Below are positions 47,469 to 53,080 of a stretch of DNA of 53,080 nt, in pieces. Source of the DNA: an uncultured Enterobacteriaceae bacterium. Lineage in GTDB: Bacteria > Desulfobacterota > Binatia > Bin18. How positions within the stretch are numbered: position 1 is the stretch's first letter; each line of letters starts with the position of its first letter. Made by a program: the position numbers and the translations under genes. Under the pieces are notes generated by a model. That model worked only from the letters and a program-made list of their open reading frames with translations, made no database searches and was not told the origin of the DNA. Location: the NCBI GenBank assembly GCA_964502465.1, contig CAZCWX010000671.1, positions 1 to 53,080 on the forward strand. The letters run 5' to 3'.

Positions 47469-47680
47469 GTCGTGGCCCTCAAGCTGCACCCGATCACGAA
47501 GCTACGGGGGGACGCCAACTGCCTGTTCCTGTATCCCAGCCCGCACCCACAACGCCGGAGGCCGCGGCGCAAATATGATGGCAAGGTCAACTTTCACGAC
47601 CTGCGCCGCTTTGAGGATCTCGGCCCGCTGGAGGAGAGAGACTCTGTCCATCTCTCTGATTTTGTCTGAACCATTACCTA
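47469..47680 (+). pseudogene. internally deleted relic of the same IS4-like transposase, in inverted orientation
   Basis: VVALKLHPITKLRGDANCLFLYPSPHPQRRRPRRKYDGKVNFHDLRRFEDLGPLEER aligns with the 36958..37821 product. The first 35 nt are identical to the reverse complement of 37580-37614. The relic then jumps directly to the shared 3' end, CTGATTTTGTCTGAAC. Confidence 0.7.
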
Positions 47681-47756
47681 TACCACTTGACAATTATTGC
47701 CACATTTTCTGGCTACACCTCTCCAATCCCCATTGCCCCAACTTATTCCGAACGAG

Positions 47757-47802
47757 CCGGGGCGCATCGCGGACGCCAAAGGCGTAAAGCGATGCGCCCC
47801 GG
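47757..47802. other. 14-bp perfect inverted repeat (long hairpin)
   Basis: CCGGGGCGCATCGC (47757-47770) pairs with GCGATGCGCCCCGG (47789-47802). The 18-nt loop contains an inner ACGCC/GGCGT stem. No T tract follows. Confidence 0.6.
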
Positions 47803-47879
47803 TGAGAGAGCCATACACAGCAAAGGCTGTTGACAAGCAAGCCAAAACATCCACAAAATCCCCCCACCAAGACAAAAAT

Positions 47880-48270
47880 AAATCAAGACAATTTTTGCCA
47901 AAATTATTTCATTTTAACGGTTTTTATAGATATATTTATATTAGATAAATAAAGCTATTATTACTTTATTCAAAAAAAATGAATTTTAATCATTATTATT
48001 GCTGTATTTTTAGCATAAAATTTTTTAATAAAGTAAAGTTAAAATAATAATTAGCTATATTTTGCCGTAAATAAAAACAATTATTTGTAAATAAAATTGA
48101 CAAATAATATTTTTAATATATTTTGAGTGCTTACGGTAAATTAATTGTTTTATCAGAAAGAAAAAAGGAAAATCTTTCTGATAAAAAATTGGTTTTAATA
48201 GGAAATTTTTTTCTATATTTGACTAATAAAAAGTTTATTTTGACAATCTTTTACCTTTTTCACACCCCAT
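47880..48270. other. ~390-bp extremely AT-rich island
   Basis: Hand-counted G+C per 60-nt line between 47941 and 48240 is about 12%, 15%, 13%, 27% and 13%, against roughly 50% or more in the flanks. It contains an 11-bp inverted repeat TTATCAGAAAG (48150-48160) / CTTTCTGATAA (48174-48184). There is no credible ORF. Confidence 0.8.
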
Positions 48271-48326
48271 AAGAATGGTGAATAACTCGTTCATCCCTTT
48301 CTATGACGGCTATGACGGAGATTCAG

Positions 48327-49067
48327 ATGGATACCGAATTAGTGGCACAAAAACATCGCCGCCAAAAAAGCCCAAATGCGCCTGCATACAGTGTTCAGGA
48401 ATGCTTAGAAGATACGCGAAAGATCTTTCGCGTGGAAAACCAAGTGCCTATCAGTCGAGAATCCATTGCTGAACACCTAAGTCTCGCAGCCCATTCCGGC
48501 CCTTTTAACCGTAAACTCAGTAGCTTACGGCAATACGGTCTCCTCGAACCTATCGGAAAAGACCTGCGAGTAAGCGACCTCTTCTTACGATTAGAGAACG
48601 CTCCTGACGAGAATAACCGCCGCCGTGCCCTTCGGGAAGCCATTGGTCGCCCCGCTATTTTTCAAGGGCTACTTGGACAATTTGAAAGCAGCGGGATGCC
48701 ATCCGATATCAATCTGACTAACCAACTAGTGCTAAGGTATCGTTTCACCAAAAAAAATGCCGAGACAGTTGCCAAAGCGTTTCTTGAATCCTGCCGTTTC
48801 TTAGGCCTCAGTCAGGGACGCTTCCAGTCCTTTTCTTCACCCCCTCCTCCCCTCCCGCACCCAGTCCATAGCGAAACGTCGCAAAGCGCTCCACCCCGTC
48901 AAGAACGTTCAACCTGGCATGATGAACGTCACTCTCTCCAGTGTCGCCAGGAAATTCCTCTTGGGGTCAGTCGCCGGGCAGTCCTCGAATTCCCAGAGGA
49001 CATAACCCAAAACGAACTCGCGAAAATAGTAAGAATTCTACAAGCATTAGCTGGCCCTATCGAGTAG
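48327..49067 (+). CDS. orphan hypothetical protein (two small domains joined by a Pro-rich linker)
   Basis: The ATG at 48327 lies 6 nt after GGAG (48317-48320); alternative ATGs are at 48303 and 48312. I recognised no motif. The linker reads SSPPPPLPHPVH. Confidence 0.55.
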   Translation: MDTELVAQKHRRQKSPNAPAYSVQECLEDTRKIFRVENQVPISRESIAEHLSLAAHSGPFNRKLSSLRQYGLLEPIGKDLRVSDLFLRLENAPDENNRRRALREAIGRPAIFQGLLGQFESSGMPSDINLTNQLVLRYRFTKKNAETVAKAFLESCRFLGLSQGRFQSFSSPPPPLPHPVHSETSQSAPPRQERSTWHDERHSLQCRQEIPLGVSRRAVLEFPEDITQNELAKIVRILQALAGPIE

Positions 49068-49222
49068 CTCGTAATATAAGGGGGCTGCCATGTAGACTGA
49101 CATAAAATTCCCGAGAGGTCCGGCCGGTACTCCTTCCACGAACTTCCCTACTCTTCGCTCCCTACTTGACCCTTCGGAACGATTTCTGCATTTTGATTTC
49201 TAGTGAAATTTCCAGGAACCTA

Positions 49223-50065
49223 ATGCATTATCTATCACGACAAGTTGAGTTTGAAGCTTCACACCGTTACTGGAACCCTGCGTTCTCTGACGAACAAAAT
49301 CGCCGAATTTTCGGGAAGTGCACCAGTCTCTATGGCCATGGGCATAATTATGTCCTTCGCGTGACCCTCAAGGGTCGAGTTGACCCCCGCACGGGTATGG
49401 TGGTCAACATAAAAGAACTCGATCGTGCCTTAAAAGAACTGGCGGCCGAATTTGACCACAAGTTTATAAATCTCGATCATCCCTCATTCCGTGATTACAT
49501 TCCGACTACCGAAAATCTGGTATTGTACATCCGTAATGATCTTGAAAAGAAGCTGCAGGCAGAGAACCCTCGTTATCAGATCTCTCGCGTCACCTTGTAC
49601 GAAGAACCCACTCTTTGGGCCGAAGTTTTTGCCGGAGCAAGAACAAATATGGTAACGTTAACAAAAAGTTTTAGCTTTAGTGCCGCCCACCGTCTCCATA
49701 GTACTGCCCTCTCCGAAGAAGAAAACCGTGCGGTATTCGGAAAGTGCAACAACCCACATGGTCATGGCCACAACTATGAGTTGGAAGTGACGGTTCAAGG
49801 TGCTATTGCCCCTAAAACAGGGATGATTATTGACCTTGTATCCCTGATGCAGATAGTCCAAACTGAAGTAATTGAACGCTTCGACCACAAACATTTGAAT
49901 GAAGACACCGAAGAATTTCGTAACTTAAACCCGACAGGAGAGAACATCGCTAAGGTAATCTGGGACTTGCTGAGGCTGAAACTTCACTCACGTTTGATCA
50001 AGGTAGGTCTGTGGGAAACTCCGAAAAATTTTTTCGAGTATTGTGGCGAATCATCAGGTGAATAA
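49223..50065 (+). CDS. tandem-fused 6-carboxy-/6-pyruvoyl-tetrahydropterin synthase (two COG0720 domains)
   Basis: The two halves each carry the Cys...HGH zinc/catalytic motif: GKCTSLYGHGHNY and GKCNNPHGHGHNY. Confidence 0.85.
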   Translation: MHYLSRQVEFEASHRYWNPAFSDEQNRRIFGKCTSLYGHGHNYVLRVTLKGRVDPRTGMVVNIKELDRALKELAAEFDHKFINLDHPSFRDYIPTTENLVLYIRNDLEKKLQAENPRYQISRVTLYEEPTLWAEVFAGARTNMVTLTKSFSFSAAHRLHSTALSEEENRAVFGKCNNPHGHGHNYELEVTVQGAIAPKTGMIIDLVSLMQIVQTEVIERFDHKHLNEDTEEFRNLNPTGENIAKVIWDLLRLKLHSRLIKVGLWETPKNFFEYCGESSGE

Positions 50066-50069
50066 TCCA

Positions 50070-50795
50070 ATGTCAACCCAGAATCTACAGGGTCACGTTG
50101 CTATCATTACTGGCGCAGGGTCTGGCATCGGCCAAGCTACCGCTATGACTCTCGCTCACGCAGGAGCCAGCGTTGTCCTCGCTGCACGTACCCAGCAAAA
50201 TCTTGAAGCAGTGGCTCAAGACATTACCCGTAACGGTGGAACAGCCCTGGTAGTCCCTACCGACGTGAGAGACGAACCCCAGGTCGAACGGCTGGTAACA
50301 ACTACCCACACACGTTTTGGTCATGTTGATATTTTAGTCACGAGTGCAGGAGGTGCGACCTTTGGTCCTTTGACCGAGTCTCGCACCGAAGACTGGGATG
50401 CAATGATAAACATTAACCTCCGTGGTACGTATCTCTGCTGCAAGCACGTCCTTTCAGTGATGCTTCCTCAAGGTCGTGGTCATATCCTCAATATCCTTTC
50501 AATAGCGAGTCGGACTATCCTCCCCAGTTCAGCCGGTTATACCGCATCAAAATTTGGCGCCCTGGGTTTTACAAAAGTCATGGCAGCCGAAGTCAGGATG
50601 CACGGAATCAAAGTTACTGCCGTAATCCCGGGAGCGGTGGACACCCCGCTATGGGAGAAGAGCGGCGGGGATTTAGATCGTGGAAAGATGCTTGCTCCGG
50701 CAGATATTGCCGTTGCCATGTTGGGCATTATTACACAGCCACCAAATATCTATACTGATGAAATAGTTTTGATGCCGCCGCTGGGGATTCTGTGA
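50070..50795 (+). CDS. SDR family oxidoreductase
   Basis: Motifs ITGAGSGIGQA and YTASK. Starts 4 nt after the previous gene's stop. Confidence 0.88.
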   Translation: MSTQNLQGHVAIITGAGSGIGQATAMTLAHAGASVVLAARTQQNLEAVAQDITRNGGTALVVPTDVRDEPQVERLVTTTHTRFGHVDILVTSAGGATFGPLTESRTEDWDAMININLRGTYLCCKHVLSVMLPQGRGHILNILSIASRTILPSSAGYTASKFGALGFTKVMAAEVRMHGIKVTAVIPGAVDTPLWEKSGGDLDRGKMLAPADIAVAMLGIITQPPNIYTDEIVLMPPLGIL

Positions 50796-51808
50796 ACAGA
50801 TTTCTATTCGTCATCCTACTCAGTCTCCCACTAGTAATGATCAATGCATGCAGTAGAAATGATCTCCAACAGACAAAACCTGACCTGTTTCGCGTTGCCT
50901 TGCTAACTCCGGGACCTGTAAGCGACGCTGGCTGGAATGCGCTTGCCTACGAAGGGCTCATCAAAATACGAGAGACACTCCATGCCGAGGTCAGCCAAGT
51001 TGAAACAAAGACTCCAGCGGAATTCGAAGAAACATTTCGTGATTATGCCAGCCGAGGATTTCAATTGGCCTTTGGCCACGGATTCGAGTTTCAAGATGCC
51101 GCAGCGAAGGTAGGCTCAGACTTCCCCCACACCATCTTTATCACCACTTCAGGAAGTACCATTCGCCCAAATGTTGCCCCCATGAGATTCCTCTTGGAAG
51201 AGGCAACCTATCTAATGGGGGTGATCAGTGCCAAGCTCTCTAAGACTGGTAAGGCTGGTGCGATTGGCGGTATAGAGATCCCTCCACTGACAAGCACTTT
51301 TATGGCATTTGAAGCCGGCGCCAAGAGCATCAGGCCGGATTTTCAGGTCATCGTATCGTATATCGGGAATTGGGAAGATGCCGGAGCAGCAAGACAAGCA
51401 GCGCTAGCCCTTATTGAACAGGGGTGTGATCTGATCATTCCGAATGCTGATGCAGCCAGCCTTGGCGCCTTTCAAGCTGCGAAAGAAAAAAACGTCCGTA
51501 TCTTTGGGACCAACAAAAATCAAAATGATCTTGCTCCTGAGGTGGTAGTCGCGAGCGGAGTCATCGATATTCCAACCGCTTTTCTTTTGGTTGCCCGCGA
51601 AGTACAGGAACGCAAGTTTCACAGTCGTATTATGCGCTTCGGCATGAAAGAAGAGATCATTAGTCTGGTGTATAATCCGCACCTGCAGGTTCCTTTGTCT
51701 TCTGAAATACGAACCCTTGTCAATACAACAAAGTTACGGATCATTGAGGGAACGCTCACTGTTCCAAGTGTCGAGTTCTCTTCTCCCTACCAGACCAATG
51801 CTTCATAA
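50792..51808 (+). CDS. BMP-family (Med/PnrA-like) ABC transporter substrate-binding lipoprotein
   Basis: The GTG start overlaps the SDR stop. Signal peptide ending MINAC. The pattern PGPVSDAGWNALAYEG is typical of the BMP family. Confidence 0.8.
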   Translation: MNRFLFVILLSLPLVMINACSRNDLQQTKPDLFRVALLTPGPVSDAGWNALAYEGLIKIRETLHAEVSQVETKTPAEFEETFRDYASRGFQLAFGHGFEFQDAAAKVGSDFPHTIFITTSGSTIRPNVAPMRFLLEEATYLMGVISAKLSKTGKAGAIGGIEIPPLTSTFMAFEAGAKSIRPDFQVIVSYIGNWEDAGAARQAALALIEQGCDLIIPNADAASLGAFQAAKEKNVRIFGTNKNQNDLAPEVVVASGVIDIPTAFLLVAREVQERKFHSRIMRFGMKEEIISLVYNPHLQVPLSSEIRTLVNTTKLRIIEGTLTVPSVEFSSPYQTNAS

Positions 51809-51884
51809 TCACCAATAGTAGTATACAGCAAAACTAGCACGTGAGGGTCCCCTGTCCTTCTCCGAGCTCCCTCCTCGCGAACAG

Positions 51885-53080
51885 ATGGCAATCAATTATA
51901 TGCGTGAAGTTTCTTTGCGCGGTATCACAAAATATTTTCTCCAGGTTCGTGCGGTGGACCGCATAAGCATCACTTTTCATGCTGGTGAAATTCACGCGGT
52001 ATTAGGCGAGAATGGCGCTGGTAAATCTACTCTCATGCATGTGCTTTCTGGGCTCTACCGCCCAGACGCCGGAGAAATTGAGATTGACAATCAACGACGG
52101 ATCTTCTCCTCCCCACGCACAGCCCTGGCTGCAGGTATAGCCATGGTGCACCAGCACTTCATGCTGGTGCCCACCTTAACGGTCGCCGAAAACATTCTCC
52201 TCGCACTTCCTGGGAAAGGATACGCTCCTGTACGCCGCCAATTACTTGCACAACAGGTGTTAGACCTCGCCGCCCACTATCACATTGCCATAGACCACCC
52301 AGATACCAAGGTAGCCACCTTATCTGTCGGGGCCCAACAACGAGTCGAAATTCTCAAGGCCTTAGTTGGCAACGCGCATTGTCTAATCCTTGACGAACCA
52401 ACCGCTGTTCTGACCCCGGCAGAAGTTGACAACTTCTTTCTTACCCTCGAACGACTGAAGAGTGAGGGGTACCTTATTATTCTCATTACTCATAAAATTC
52501 CCGAAGTGCTTGCCATTAGCGATCGACTCTCGATTCTTCGTCAAGGCCGTTTAATAACAACTCGTACGACAGCTTCGTGTGGCAGAGAAGAACTCGCTCG
52601 TTTGATGATAGGTGACGAAGCAGATTCTCCTGTATTGCTTCCGCCCTTAAGGCCGCGCGGGTACGATCAACAAGGTCTCCCGCTCCTCGCCCTGGAAAAT
52701 GTATGGAGCCGTTCTGACAATGGCCAGGTGACGTTACGTGGAATATCTTTCCTTCTTCATGCCGGCGAAGTGATAGGAATCGCTGGGGTTGATGGCAATG
52801 GTCAAACTGAACTCACCGAACTGTTAATTGGGCTACAGCTCCCCATCCGTGGCACGATACAGCTCAGCGGGCAGCCTATTACTGCTCCTACGCCATCTCA
52901 ATTACGCTCTGCCAGAGTCTCCCTCATTCCCCAGGACCGCCGACGCGAAGGGCTAGCCCTTCCCCTCACCATTGCGGAGAATTTACTGCTGAATGTGTAC
53001 ACTCTTGCGATCTTCACTCCCGGCTTCCTATTATTCCCCCACGCGGTCCACTGCTTCGCTCGGCAGCAGATTACACGTTT
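51885..53080 (+). CDS. ABC transporter ATP-binding protein with two NBDs (nucleoside/sugar type); 3' end lies beyond the window
   Basis: The frame stays open to the window end, so it is absent from the ORF track. Walker A GENGAGKST, signature LSVGAQQRVEI, Walker B LILDEPT, and a second Walker A GVDGNGQT. An alternative ATG is at 51900. Confidence 0.88.
   Translation, partial: MAINYMREVSLRGITKYFLQVRAVDRISITFHAGEIHAVLGENGAGKSTLMHVLSGLYRPDAGEIEIDNQRRIFSSPRTALAAGIAMVHQHFMLVPTLTVAENILLALPGKGYAPVRRQLLAQQVLDLAAHYHIAIDHPDTKVATLSVGAQQRVEILKALVGNAHCLILDEPTAVLTPAEVDNFFLTLERLKSEGYLIILITHKIPEVLAISDRLSILRQGRLITTRTTASCGREELARLMIGDEADSPVLLPPLRPRGYDQQGLPLLALENVWSRSDNGQVTLRGISFLLHAGEVIGIAGVDGNGQTELTELLIGLQLPIRGTIQLSGQPITAPTPSQLRSARVSLIPQDRRREGLALPLTIAENLLLNVYTLAIFTPGFLLFPHAVHCFARQQITR

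Noticed and set aside
47826-48270. Chromosomal replication origin (DnaA box plus an AT-rich unwinding element)
   Set aside because: There is only one partial DnaA-box-like 9-mer (ACATCCACA at ~47837). There is no cluster of boxes and no dnaA, dnaN or gidA context.
49068-49222. preQ1 or other riboswitch upstream of the QueD-like gene
   Set aside because: I could not find the conserved preQ1-I/II core or a pseudoknot-compatible A-rich tail in the leader.
1-53080. tRNA, rRNA or CRISPR arrays
   Set aside because: All intergenic regions over 80 nt were inspected by eye. There are no cloverleaf-compatible sequences, no rRNA-like segments and no regularly spaced direct repeats.

Overview
This is a 53-kb chromosomal segment at roughly 50-55% G+C, judged by eye, from an uncultured-type Gram-negative bacterium. 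I cannot assign a taxon from sequence alone. Gene content (hpnK, LLM/F420-type oxidoreductase, acyl-CoA dehydrogenases, a multihaem bc-type complex) fits an environmental deltaproteobacterial, Nitrospirae or Rokubacteria-like lineage.

Most of the window is a housekeeping backbone:
- a fused tandem 6-phosphofructokinase, murI, secA, argJ, gatCAB, yraN and serS
- a Rieske/cytochrome b/octahaem cytochrome c/cupredoxin operon
- two acyl-CoA dehydrogenases, several SDRs, an LLM oxidoreductase and a BMP/ABC uptake system

Three accessory or mosaic zones stand out:
- **1-8100:** REP/BIME-like hairpin clusters, a RAYT remnant, a type II R-M pair with an RHH gene, decayed TA-like modules, interleaved short direct repeats, and a PNPOx-PNPOx-GAF-cyclase operon.
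- **36660-38250:** an AT-rich islet plus a composite relic made of an IS4-superfamily DDE transposase and an IS200 fragment.
- **47170-49100:** a second, internally deleted relic of the same IS in inverted orientation, a long hairpin, a ~390-bp island of about 12-27% G+C, and an orphan ORF.

The two IS relics bracket about 10 kb. That stretch carries a MoxR-VWA-bifunctional nuclease-TPR cluster and a tightly coupled four-gene module: NarL-type regulator, secreted double DUF1571/LolA-like protein, all-membrane histidine kinase, and SDR.

I saw no rRNA, tRNA or CRISPR array. All homology statements come from motif recognition by eye, not from database searches.
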